Origin: Deltaproteobacteria bacterium | GTDB lineage: Bacteria; Myxococcota_A; Polyangia; Fen-1088 | Direction: 5' to 3' | NCBI GenBank assembly: GCA_033763315.1 | Contig: JANRKS010000026.1 | Span: forward strand, 90,821 to 154,820 | DNA: 64,000 nucleotides | Shown here: positions 35,669 to 44,647 of the stretch, in pieces | Position numbering within the stretch: position 1 is the stretch's first letter | Layout: each line of letters opens with the position of its first letter | Program-made: the position numbers and the translations under genes | The notes under the pieces: generated by a model | The model's input: only the letters and a program-made list of their open reading frames with translations | Told to the model about the DNA's origin: nothing | The model's database searches: none

Positions 35669-37105
35669 ATGACAAGCGCGTCCGCCTCGTTTCCCATGCT
35701 GGCCTTGGGCTGGCTGCTCACCGGCTGCACTTCGCCTCCCGTTGAAACACACGAAGTAAATGCCAATGCCACGACGTTGCCGCCCACGCCGCAGCCCAGC
35801 GCCGGGCCTCCGGCCGCCGCCAAACCCGAAACGCTGCCACCCGACGCCAAAGCAACGCCCGCGAAGGCGCATGCGTACGACGGCCAAAACTTCATTGTTC
35901 ACGAGTGGGGCACCCTGACCAGCGTGGTCAGCAGCGATGGCCGTCTGCTTGCCGGCCTGCACCATGAAGACGAGGATCTGCCCGGCTTCGTGGCAGACCG
36001 CATGGCCCAGGCCCAGGTGACGCCCGCCATCGTTCTTCAGAAGATGGAAACGCCGGTCACCTACTTCTATTCGCCCACGCCGCGTTCCGTGCAGGTGAAG
36101 GTGGAGTTTCCTCACGGCCTGTTCACGCAGTGGTTTCCGTACGTGGAAGACACGGGGCCACCCCTTTACCTTGAGCGCCCGGAGGACAAAACGTCGGTGG
36201 TGGATCCCTGGATTTCCAGCGCGTCGGCACTGCCGCCCGCGTGCGAGGAACGTACGACGGCCGCCACCACGCGCGCCTTTTTGAACTGGGGGCAAGTCGA
36301 TGTGCTGGCGCCCGGCAGCGTCAGCAACTTGCCCGGGCCCTTGGGGGACACCACGTGGGGTTTCGCCCGACAAACCCAAGCCAATCCCGTGCAAGTGCAG
36401 GTGGCCGGAAAAACATACGCGGAGAAGTTTTTGTTTTACCGCGGCACAGGAACGTTCGTTCTGCCCGTGCAGGTCGCTGTGAAGCAAGACGGCGTCGTCG
36501 CCACGAACACCGATGTCAGCGCGGCCATGCGCAGCGCGTTTTTGTTGAACGTGACGCCCACCGGGGCGGGCTTTGTGGCGTTGGGTGACATCAAAGCCGC
36601 CGGCTCGCTGACAGCGCCCCTGCCCGCGGCCTCGCTGCCCCATCAAGATTTCGCAGATCAATTGGGCCAAGCGTTGGCCGCGGCGCTGGTGGCCGACGGA
36701 CTTTATGCGGACGAAGCGCAGGCCATGGTGGCCACCTGGCGCCGTTCGTACTTCTTCACGCCAGGCCCTCGCCTGCTCTACTTGCTGCCGGCCTCGCATA
36801 CGGACGCCGTCATTCCGCTGCACATCGTGCCCAGGCCTGACCAGCTTCACCGCACGATGGTCATCCGCGTAGAACTTGTGTCTCCAGCGCTTGAACAGAG
36901 GCTCGACGCGGCCTTGCGCCGTTTGGCCGATCCCGCCTCGCACGGAGCGGCCCAATCCGAGCTTTTGGCTTACGGCCGCTTCACGCAGCCCTACCTCACG
37001 GACGCCGTTGCCCGTGCCACAGAGCCCAAAGTCAGAGCCGCCGGCCTGGCGCTGCTCGAGGCCGTCCGCGCGCAGCGGCGCTGGCGCCCCATAGCCCTCG
37101 AATGA
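35669..37105 (+). CDS. Uncharacterised lipoprotein with HEWGT motif
   Basis: Lipobox LTGC; VHEWGTLTS, METPVTYFY, EKFLFYRG, GLYADEAQAMVATW. Confidence 0.75.
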   Translation: MTSASASFPMLALGWLLTGCTSPPVETHEVNANATTLPPTPQPSAGPPAAAKPETLPPDAKATPAKAHAYDGQNFIVHEWGTLTSVVSSDGRLLAGLHHEDEDLPGFVADRMAQAQVTPAIVLQKMETPVTYFYSPTPRSVQVKVEFPHGLFTQWFPYVEDTGPPLYLERPEDKTSVVDPWISSASALPPACEERTTAATTRAFLNWGQVDVLAPGSVSNLPGPLGDTTWGFARQTQANPVQVQVAGKTYAEKFLFYRGTGTFVLPVQVAVKQDGVVATNTDVSAAMRSAFLLNVTPTGAGFVALGDIKAAGSLTAPLPAASLPHQDFADQLGQALAAALVADGLYADEAQAMVATWRRSYFFTPGPRLLYLLPASHTDAVIPLHIVPRPDQLHRTMVIRVELVSPALEQRLDAALRRLADPASHGAAQSELLAYGRFTQPYLTDAVARATEPKVRAAGLALLEAVRAQRRWRPIALE

Positions 37106-37279
37106 CGGGTGCGCGCCCCGACAGCGGCGGACCTTCGGCAAGGCGATCGCCCCTTCACCCCCGCACTTCCTTGCACAACGCCGCCGTCCGCGCTCGATCC
37201 TGGGCCCGGCCGGTGTATTGTTGTGGCCATATGCGTGCACTTAAGTTTATGGCCCTGGGCCGCCTGGCTTGTCAGCTCT

Positions 37280-38251
37280 ATGGCTCCCTCTGACGGCATC
37301 GCCCACCTGGTCGAAGAGGGCATCATTGATGCCGTTCACGCGCGCCTGATGAGCGGCAAAGAGGCCACCGTCTACGTGGTCGAGCGCCGCGGCATCTATA
37401 TGGCCGCCAAAGTTTACCGCGCCCGCAACGATCGAACGTTCAAGAAGACCGAAAGCTATACGGAGGGGCGCAACCAAACCCGCAACTCGCGTGATAGGCG
37501 CGCGATGGGCAAGCGATCCTCTTACGGCCGCGAGCTCTTAGAAGAAGGCTGGCAGGACATGGAGTACCGGGCGTTGCGCGCGGCTTTTAATGCAGGCGTG
37601 CGCGTGCCTGAGCCGTTCGCGGTTTACGAAAACGTCCTTTTCATGGACTTGGTGCTGGATGATCAAGGCGCGCCCGCGCCTCGCTTGGCCGATCTAACCT
37701 ACACCGCGGAGCAAGCGGCGCACGTGCACTGGGATGTTTTCATGCAGGTCAAGCGCCTGCTTGAAACGGGGCAAATTCACGGCGATTTATCTGCCTATAA
37801 CGTGCTTATGTCGGCGCACGGGCCAACGATCATCGACCTGCCTCAAGTTGTGGATGTGGTTCGCAACAACAATGCGCGCGACATTCTTCGGCGCGACCTG
37901 CGGAACGTCACAGAACACTTGGCCCGCTACGACGCGCGTCTGTTGCGTTTTGCCGATTGTGGCCAGGCGTTGTACGAGCACCTGCAATACGGCACCTTGG
38001 ACATGGTCACAGCGCCCGAGGAGGGAGCCCAACGTATGCGCGGCGGACGCCGGGGCCGAGACGCCGAACGTGGCCGCGCCGGGCGGGATAAGACGGCCCG
38101 CACCGAAGGCCCACGCGTGGATGCCCCGCCGCGCCGCCAAGCCCCCGCGCGGGGCGTGCAAATTCGCGCGCAACCCTCGACAAGCCGCCAGCGACAAGAC
38201 CAGGGCGTGCCCACCGGCCGCGCGCCTCGCCACCGCCGGGGTCCAGGCTAG
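37280..38251 (+). CDS. RIO1-family atypical protein kinase with Arg-rich tail
   Basis: LMSGKEATVY, AAKVY, GVRVPEP, HGDLSAYNVL, IIDLPQ. Confidence 0.9.
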   Translation: MAPSDGIAHLVEEGIIDAVHARLMSGKEATVYVVERRGIYMAAKVYRARNDRTFKKTESYTEGRNQTRNSRDRRAMGKRSSYGRELLEEGWQDMEYRALRAAFNAGVRVPEPFAVYENVLFMDLVLDDQGAPAPRLADLTYTAEQAAHVHWDVFMQVKRLLETGQIHGDLSAYNVLMSAHGPTIIDLPQVVDVVRNNNARDILRRDLRNVTEHLARYDARLLRFADCGQALYEHLQYGTLDMVTAPEEGAQRMRGGRRGRDAERGRAGRDKTARTEGPRVDAPPRRQAPARGVQIRAQPSTSRQRQDQGVPTGRAPRHRRGPG

Positions 38252-38301
38252 ACGGCCGCTGCGTTAAGGTGCGGTGGCAACAAGCCGAGGTTAACTATCC
38301 C

Positions 38302-39270
38302 ATGCGTCCTTGGCATTTCGTCTTTTTGCTCACGGCTTGCGAGGTGGCCAACCCCGCCTACGACGTGACCGCCCGGCGCAACGCCGATGCCGACGGAAAG
38401 TCCGACGCCACGCCTGCCCCAGACGACGCGGACGCAGCGCCAGGCGGCGCGGGTGCTGCGCCAGGTGGCGCGGGCGGCGGCACAGGCGGAGGAGGCGCAC
38501 CCGTTGGCGGCAGTGACGCCGGCGGCAGAGGCGGCGATCCAACGCTTCGACCCGACGCCGCCATCGACGCCGGTATTTTGGCCACGCCCGATGCCGCCGT
38601 CGACGCGCCCCGGCCCACAACAGGACCGATCTTGGAGTTTCGGTTCAACGAAGGCAGCGGCACCAAAGTGGGCGACACAAGCGGGTTTGGCAACCACGGG
38701 CTAGCCAAGTGCGTCTTCGGCTGCTCCAACGGTCTGCCCAACTGGATTGGCTACGACAGCATCTTTGGAATGGAACTGGCCTATTTCCAGCTGATCCAAG
38801 TGGAATCTTCACCCTCGCTGTCCGCCGCAACCGGTGATTTTTCGCTGTTCGTGCACGCCCGGCGCCTGGATCATGCAGGCATGCGACCGCTGGCATCCAG
38901 CCTCACGAACGACAAGACGAGCACCTTATTCTTGTTCTCCTTTGACGATGGTCATCTCAGCGCCCGCGTTGCAAACGTGCGCGTTTCGGACCCACAAACA
39001 GCGCCCGGCAATACCTGGATGCACCTCGGCGTCCGTCGCCAGGGGGGCACACTCGCTATCTTCCGAGACGGGCAAATGGTGGCGTCCGCCGGGCCATCCA
39101 CGCAAGCCCCCCTCGGCACGCAGCCCCTCCTCATCGGAGCGGCATTCCTAAACCAGGCGTCCACGAACCACACATACGCCGACGCCGTGGTGGATGACCT
39201 CGTGTTCTACAACCGCGCGCTCACGAACAGCGAAGTGGACAAGCTGCGCCAAGGCATCATCCCGCGTTGA
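38302..39270 (+). CDS. LamG/concanavalin A-like domain lipoprotein
   Basis: Lipobox LTAC, Gly/Asp linker, FNEGSG..DTSGFGNHG, WMHLGV, DDLVFYNRALT. Confidence 0.85.
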   Translation: MRPWHFVFLLTACEVANPAYDVTARRNADADGKSDATPAPDDADAAPGGAGAAPGGAGGGTGGGGAPVGGSDAGGRGGDPTLRPDAAIDAGILATPDAAVDAPRPTTGPILEFRFNEGSGTKVGDTSGFGNHGLAKCVFGCSNGLPNWIGYDSIFGMELAYFQLIQVESSPSLSAATGDFSLFVHARRLDHAGMRPLASSLTNDKTSTLFLFSFDDGHLSARVANVRVSDPQTAPGNTWMHLGVRRQGGTLAIFRDGQMVASAGPSTQAPLGTQPLLIGAAFLNQASTNHTYADAVVDDLVFYNRALTNSEVDKLRQGIIPR

Positions 39271-39380
39271 CGAGCCCTGCGATTGGTGAGAGTGTGGGAC
39301 ATTTGACCATTACGAAGGTCCCACCTAACATCTGACCCACCTACAGCGCCCGGCGCTTTTTTGCACACCCCGCAAAGCCC

Positions 39381-40085
39381 ATGTTCGACCGTATCAAAGG
39401 CCTCCTCGGAGGATCCCAACCCCCGTCTACGGCCGGAGCTCGTCACCTAGGTCGCGTCGCGGGCGAAGAGGGCCGCCAAGCGTGGCAAGAGCGCAAGGGT
39501 GGCCGCGCCGATAAGTGGAAAGCCAACCGCCGCGCACGCCCCTCCGCCGCCACCGCGAGCCAAGAGCCGGTTGAGGAATCGTGCCAAACGTGTGGCGCTC
39601 CGCTGCTGCTTGAGTGGGGCGGCGTGTGCCCCAATTGCAAGCCCAAGATCGCCAGCCCTAAAACGTTGTTCGCTTCGCGCTCCGATTTGTTCGGCGCCAC
39701 CAGCCTTTCGCTGGGTTGGCTTATCGTGCTGCGCTCGCCTGATCAGGCTCAGCAGGCCACCTTGCTCGATCTCGATCAATCGCAGAACATCATCACACGT
39801 GTGGGGGCACCGGCCGTACCGGGCGCGCGTCTTTATCCCTTTAACGATGAGTTTATGTCGGTCGCCAACGCCACCATTCGGCGTCCCTTTGGCGGTGACA
39901 AGAACGCCGCTTTCACACTCGAAGATCGCCGCACGCCAGGCCCCTCTGCCAATGGCACCTGGGTGAACTCGCGACGTTTGGGGCCACAGGAGGTCGTGCA
40001 GTTGGGAGATGGCGATGTGGTGCGTGTGGGAACCACCGAGTTTCTGTTTAAGTCGCTGTGGCTGCCTCCGGGAGCGGCCTCGTGA
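39381..40085 (+). CDS. Zinc-ribbon plus FHA domain protein
   Basis: CQTC..CPNC, LGWLIV, SANGTWVN, LGDGDVVRVGTTEFLFK. Confidence 0.8.
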   Translation: MFDRIKGLLGGSQPPSTAGARHLGRVAGEEGRQAWQERKGGRADKWKANRRARPSAATASQEPVEESCQTCGAPLLLEWGGVCPNCKPKIASPKTLFASRSDLFGATSLSLGWLIVLRSPDQAQQATLLDLDQSQNIITRVGAPAVPGARLYPFNDEFMSVANATIRRPFGGDKNAAFTLEDRRTPGPSANGTWVNSRRLGPQEVVQLGDGDVVRVGTTEFLFKSLWLPPGAAS

Positions 40086-41926
40086 AACACGGACTGTTTG
40101 CCTTTGTCGCGTGGTCCCTTCTGTCGATCGCCCGCGTTCAGGCGGCTGAAGTGTCGCTGTTCTCGGATCCGCCGCGTCTAAGCGAAGACGGCAAAACGGT
40201 TGAACTGGTGGTGGGCGCACGCCTGCCGGGCATCGAACGGGCCAAGCTTGAAGACCTCTCCGTGTTCTTTGGCAAAAAGCCGGGGCGCGTGGTTTCAAGC
40301 CAACCCTACTTAGATTTTGCCGCCGACAAATCCAAGGGCGCCGAATCGTGGCGGCCACCCGTCTCGGTGGGTCTGGTGTACTTATGGACCGAGGGCACAC
40401 CACCCGAGATGCTTGACGGCGTTCACCGGCTGTTCAAGCGTTTGCCCCCGCAAACAGTGGTGCTGCCCACGCCGTTTGGGCAAAGCTATTTTCCCGTCGT
40501 CAACCCCGTGTCAGCCGCGCGCGTGGCGGGCGGGGGGCTCGACGATCAGCCGTTCATCGAAGGCGACGCCATCACCTTCTTGGCGGCCGCCCGCGCCAAC
40601 GTGGCGGAGGTGGCCAAGGACGACGCCCCCGTCAAGGCGCTTGTCATCGTGGCCGATGGCCGCGACTACACGGCCAGTGCGGATCCAGGGCCATTTGCCG
40701 CTTTCGGCAAGACGTTGCGGGAAGCCAACTACGTCACGCAGGTGATCGGCCTTCCCAGCGACGACGAGAGCGCACGGGCCAACATCAAAGCGTTGGCAAA
40801 CGCGGCCGGCGCTCGGCTTCTGCCTGCGCGACAAGCCTCTGAACTTCCGGCCCTCACCGAAGCGGCGGGCACTTTGTTCTTCGACATGCGCGTCCTCAAG
40901 GTGGCTGTGCCCTTCTCCACCGGTCTTTGGGGCGGCGACGTTGAGGTCACTTTGCAAGCCAAGGCCGATGGCAAGCTGGTTTCATCGAGCGCAGGCATGG
41001 TCACCGTGCCTGCGTCCGGCGGCATGTTGGTGCTGCTCGTGGGCCTGGCCTTGATCGTGGCGGGTGGCATCGGCGCCTTCTTCATGTTGGGCAGCAAGCG
41101 CCGCGGATCCACGGCGGGTGCTGGCAACGATGCCGATGACGACGTCGAAGGCTTTCTTGAAGCTGTGCAAGAACTTGTGCGTCGCCGCGTGGATCCCAAC
41201 CGCGCCGCGGTTGAACTGTCCCGCTGGTATCCCAACCTCGTGGGAGAGCTTGACAACATCGACGTGGCTTCGCTCGATGGCGAACAGTACCGCCTGCTCA
41301 AGAGCCGCGCCGGACAAGCGCGCATCAAAGAGTTCGCAAAGGCCCTGGGCAACGCCGACGATGAAGATCAGGCCCCGTCAGGCGACTTGGTGGGCATTCT
41401 GGCAGGTGCGTTTTCACAAAGCCTCGCGCCGGCCGATGCGGCACGCCAGATCCGCGCTCGCCTGCCTGACAAGCAATGGGCCTCCTTTGCGCGCAGCCGG
41501 TTTGACGAAGTGACAAGCATGCTGCGAACGGCTGCGTCGGCGCATCCTGATCTAGCAAGCCCCAAGGCACGCGGCTTTGTTTTGGCGGTGCAGGATGCGC
41601 TTCGCGATCGCGACGGTGCCGAAGTTGTTGTGGCCTGGCTGGTACGCGCGGCGGGGCCCGGCAAGCGTGGTGAAACGTTGCGGTTGGCGCGACCGCGCAC
41701 TGTGGTGGGCGCGGGCCCAAGTTGCCAGTTGCGGATTGATGACAAGTATCTAGGCGCCGAACATCTGGCGATCACAGAAAGCGGTGGCGCGTTCAGCGTC
41801 GCGCCTTTGCAAGGCCAACTCAAAGTCGAGGGCAAGCCCGTCGCGGCGGAACGCCCTTTGGTTGATGGCGAAACGCTTGAGTTCGGACAGGGTCAGTTTG
41901 TGTTCAAAGCCATCATTGACGGCTAA
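40082..41926 (+). CDS. Single-pass membrane protein: vWA-like exported domain, TM, duplicated helical unit, degenerate FHA
   Basis: Signal peptide; KALVIVADGRD; TM LVLLVGLALIVAGGIGAFFML; VAWLVRAAGPGKRGE..LVDGETLEFG; GTGA overlap. Confidence 0.7.
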   Translation: MKHGLFAFVAWSLLSIARVQAAEVSLFSDPPRLSEDGKTVELVVGARLPGIERAKLEDLSVFFGKKPGRVVSSQPYLDFAADKSKGAESWRPPVSVGLVYLWTEGTPPEMLDGVHRLFKRLPPQTVVLPTPFGQSYFPVVNPVSAARVAGGGLDDQPFIEGDAITFLAAARANVAEVAKDDAPVKALVIVADGRDYTASADPGPFAAFGKTLREANYVTQVIGLPSDDESARANIKALANAAGARLLPARQASELPALTEAAGTLFFDMRVLKVAVPFSTGLWGGDVEVTLQAKADGKLVSSSAGMVTVPASGGMLVLLVGLALIVAGGIGAFFMLGSKRRGSTAGAGNDADDDVEGFLEAVQELVRRRVDPNRAAVELSRWYPNLVGELDNIDVASLDGEQYRLLKSRAGQARIKEFAKALGNADDEDQAPSGDLVGILAGAFSQSLAPADAARQIRARLPDKQWASFARSRFDEVTSMLRTAASAHPDLASPKARGFVLAVQDALRDRDGAEVVVAWLVRAAGPGKRGETLRLARPRTVVGAGPSCQLRIDDKYLGAEHLAITESGGAFSVAPLQGQLKVEGKPVAAERPLVDGETLEFGQGQFVFKAIIDG

Positions 41927-41944
41927 TCAACCGCGCAGCCACAC

Positions 41945-43900
41945 TCAGCGCCGTCGCTTGCCACCCTGGCTGCCGTAGATCACTTCGGCATAGCCCTCAG
42001 CGAATTCGGCCCCGAACACGAGCGCGTTTAGTTCGTGATCGCTTTCCAGCAGCGCGCCGAACCGCTCCGTGTATTGGCGCCAGCGTTCCTTGTCCAAGAT
42101 CGGCATGAAACGCGGCCCTTTTTCTATGCCATAGCCTTGCGGATCCAAGGATGCCAGCACGGCGCGGACGCCGCGGTTCACGCCCTCCATCATGGCCACT
42201 TGATGGGATGCAAAATCGCCGATGAACGATCGCAGCTCCTGGGCGCGCGCCACCGGGTCGGCGCTTGGCTCTGTCATGTACTTCATCAGGTCAGCGCCAT
42301 CGCGTGCGGTGTGAAGCGGCGTTGAGCCCGTCACAGTGCGAACGCCCAATTCCGATCCCGCCTCTTCGAACCCGCGGCGCAGATCCACGAACGCATCACA
42401 AAACGCGCGCAAAATGGCGTGCGTTTTAAGTTCCGAACGGTCGCCGGCACCCATCGCACGGGTCATCCCCACGGCCGAGTCCATTAAGTTGCCGGCAGCC
42501 GGCGGCGCGGCAGGGGCCGCTGGCACGGGCGCCGCCCAGGCTTGCGCAGGTGGTGGCGCGGCGGGGGGAGATGGCGGCCACGAGGGCTGGCCGGCCGGTT
42601 CGGGGGCAGGCGCCCCCCATGCGCCCCCGGCGCGAGGCGGGTTCACGGGCGCTGCTTCCGGCGCGGGCGCACTCCACGCGCCGCCCGAGCGTGACGAAGG
42701 CGGGGGCAGCGGCTCCGGCGGTGGCGCCCAAGCGGCCGCCGGCGGTGAAGAAGGAACGGCGCCCCAAGCCCCTCCAGGTGGACTGGCCGCGGGCATGCCG
42801 GGCAAGCCCCCCCCAGCCGGCGGCGGCGAAACGGAGCGAGGCTGCGCCATGCCCGGCAGTGGTTTCGCGATGGCTCCCGAAGCCACGCCGAACAACGTGG
42901 GAGGCGACGCCGCCTTGGATGCCCCCAGCGCGCCCGTGGCCGCAGGTGCAGGGGGAGATGCTGCCGGCGCAGGCGGCGCCAAAGCCGCCGCGCGATCGCC
43001 AAACAAAGTCGGCGGGTTGAAGCTTGGAAACCCACCCTCGGAAGGCGCGGGGGCCACGGCAGGTGCGACCGGCGCCGCTGAAGCGGCCGCTGACAACCCG
43101 GCCGCCATAATGTCTTGGGGCGAAAATCCGAACAACGACGGTGGGTTGATGATTTTGTTGGCGCCAAGCTCGGGCTCGGGGGCCGGCGGCGGCGGTGCAA
43201 CGGGCACCGGCGCGGCCGCCGGCGAGGGCGGCCGCAAGATGCCCGCCGACACTCCGAACAGCGTGGGCGGACTGAACGCTGGAGCGGCGGGCTCGGTCGA
43301 CACGCGCGGCCGCGGCGCCTCGTTACGGTTTTCGGGGGCAGGCTGCGAGAATCGCTCAGCCGCCGGCGCGTTGGTCGGCGGGGCCATGCCGCTGGCCTCA
43401 GCCCCCCATGCCCCGCCGGTCGCCGGTTGTGGCGCCGGCGGCACCAACGGCAGGCCTCCAAATAAGGTCGGTGGGTTCACCCCCGGTGGCGTCGCGGCGG
43501 CAGAGGCAGCGCCAAGCTCGCCAGCGCGCGCGGGCAAACCTGAAACGGCCGGCTGCGCAGGCATAATCGTGTTTGCGACGCCCGCTTCGTCCTCAGCATC
43601 GAAGGCAGGCTCCACAACCATCGTGAGCGGCCCAATCTGAAACAAAGTGGATCCTGCCACGGGCGCTGGCGTGCCCGGCGTCAGCTTCTGCCCATCCAAC
43701 ATGGTTCCGTTGGTTGAACCGAGATCCGTAAACTCGATTGATTCGCCCTCAAAGCGGATGGCGCCGTGCCACTCGGACACGTACGTCTCAAGCAGCGGCA
43801 AGTCGTTCATCGGATTTCGGCCGAGGCGCACCGGGGAGGTGGAGAACTCCTTGCGTACCTCCGGCTGCCCCGGCCGCTGGACGATCACTCTCACACGCAT
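41945..43900 (-). CDS. tagH: T6SS-associated FHA protein (TagH/Fha) with long Pro-rich linker
   Basis: LGRNPMND..VSEWH..GSTNGT; C-terminal DFASHQVAMMEGV..SLDP..WRQY..FGAEFAEGY. Confidence 0.8.
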   Translation of the reverse strand: MRVRVIVQRPGQPEVRKEFSTSPVRLGRNPMNDLPLLETYVSEWHGAIRFEGESIEFTDLGSTNGTMLDGQKLTPGTPAPVAGSTLFQIGPLTMVVEPAFDAEDEAGVANTIMPAQPAVSGLPARAGELGAASAAATPPGVNPPTLFGGLPLVPPAPQPATGGAWGAEASGMAPPTNAPAAERFSQPAPENRNEAPRPRVSTEPAAPAFSPPTLFGVSAGILRPPSPAAAPVPVAPPPPAPEPELGANKIINPPSLFGFSPQDIMAAGLSAAASAAPVAPAVAPAPSEGGFPSFNPPTLFGDRAAALAPPAPAASPPAPAATGALGASKAASPPTLFGVASGAIAKPLPGMAQPRSVSPPPAGGGLPGMPAASPPGGAWGAVPSSPPAAAWAPPPEPLPPPSSRSGGAWSAPAPEAAPVNPPRAGGAWGAPAPEPAGQPSWPPSPPAAPPPAQAWAAPVPAAPAAPPAAGNLMDSAVGMTRAMGAGDRSELKTHAILRAFCDAFVDLRRGFEEAGSELGVRTVTGSTPLHTARDGADLMKYMTEPSADPVARAQELRSFIGDFASHQVAMMEGVNRGVRAVLASLDPQGYGIEKGPRFMPILDKERWRQYTERFGALLESDHELNALVFGAEFAEGYAEVIYGSQGGKRRR

Positions 43901-44119
43901 GATTTCGGACTCCCAGATTCCGCCACAGTTGCGCCACCACGATACGCCAAAACGTTGCTCCGTCCACCGAAGGCCCACCACAGGCCTGTGAATCGCCTCG
44001 CCCACGAGCGCCGCCACCGCCCTTGACCCGCCATTTACAACACCCTAACGCGCCCGTTTTGCACCGGTCTAGTTTGACATTGCGCGGCTCTTCCAGGCTC
44101 TGGCAAACTCCCCCCGCCA

Positions 44120-44647
44120 ATGCACGGGATTAGTTTTGGGATCGTCGGTTGCTTAATAACGCTCGCCGCGGGTTGCGCCCACGCGCCCCCGCCTCCGCCG
44201 TGCGATCAGCCTGAACCCATCACGGTGGTGCTCAAGGCGGGCGAGCCGCTGAACCCTGACGACAGCGGCCAATCCTTTCCCACCATCGTGCGCGTCTATA
44301 TGCTCAAGAGCGCCAACCTGCTTGAGACCACCACGGCGGATGAAGTGGTTCGCCACGACAAGGAAGTCTTGGGCGGGGATCTCGTGGAGGTGCAGGAAAT
44401 CACCGTAAAGCCGCGCGGTTCTGAAACCCTCACCTTCAAACGCCAAGACGAGGCCAAGCAATTGGCCGTGGTTGGCCTATTCCGCGCGCCCACCGGGAAC
44501 ACCTGGCGTGCCATCGAAACCTTGCCGGCCGCCGACAAAGACTTTTGCCACCGCACCAACGGCGGCCCACGCATCTATTTGACCCTGGATGGCAACCGCG
44601 TTGTCGTCACGCCACCGGCCCGTGCCACCACGGGAGGTGCAAAATGA
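44120..44647 (+). CDS. tssJ: T6SS lipoprotein TssJ
   Basis: Lipobox AAGC, LNPDDSGQSFPTIVRVYML, VVGLFR..WRA. Confidence 0.9.
   Translation: MHGISFGIVGCLITLAAGCAHAPPPPPCDQPEPITVVLKAGEPLNPDDSGQSFPTIVRVYMLKSANLLETTTADEVVRHDKEVLGGDLVEVQEITVKPRGSETLTFKRQDEAKQLAVVGLFRAPTGNTWRAIETLPAADKDFCHRTNGGPRIYLTLDGNRVVVTPPARATTGGAK

Noticed and set aside
35534-37240. 568-aa minus-strand ORF (likewise 12176-13618 +, 6838-7911 -, 3433-4524 +)
   Set aside because: Antisense to well-supported genes; expected in high-GC DNA; no motifs
39271-39380. Riboswitch or sigma54 promoter before the FHA pair
   Set aside because: There is a GTGGGAC/GTCCCAC stem and a short AGCGC/GCGCT-T6 hairpin but no recognisable aptamer; GG-GC spacing is 9 rather than 10; more simply a weak terminator of the LamG gene
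42336-43640. 434-aa Gly/Ala-rich plus-strand ORF (collagen- or PGRS-like)
   Set aside because: In-frame antisense shadow of the Pro-rich tagH linker
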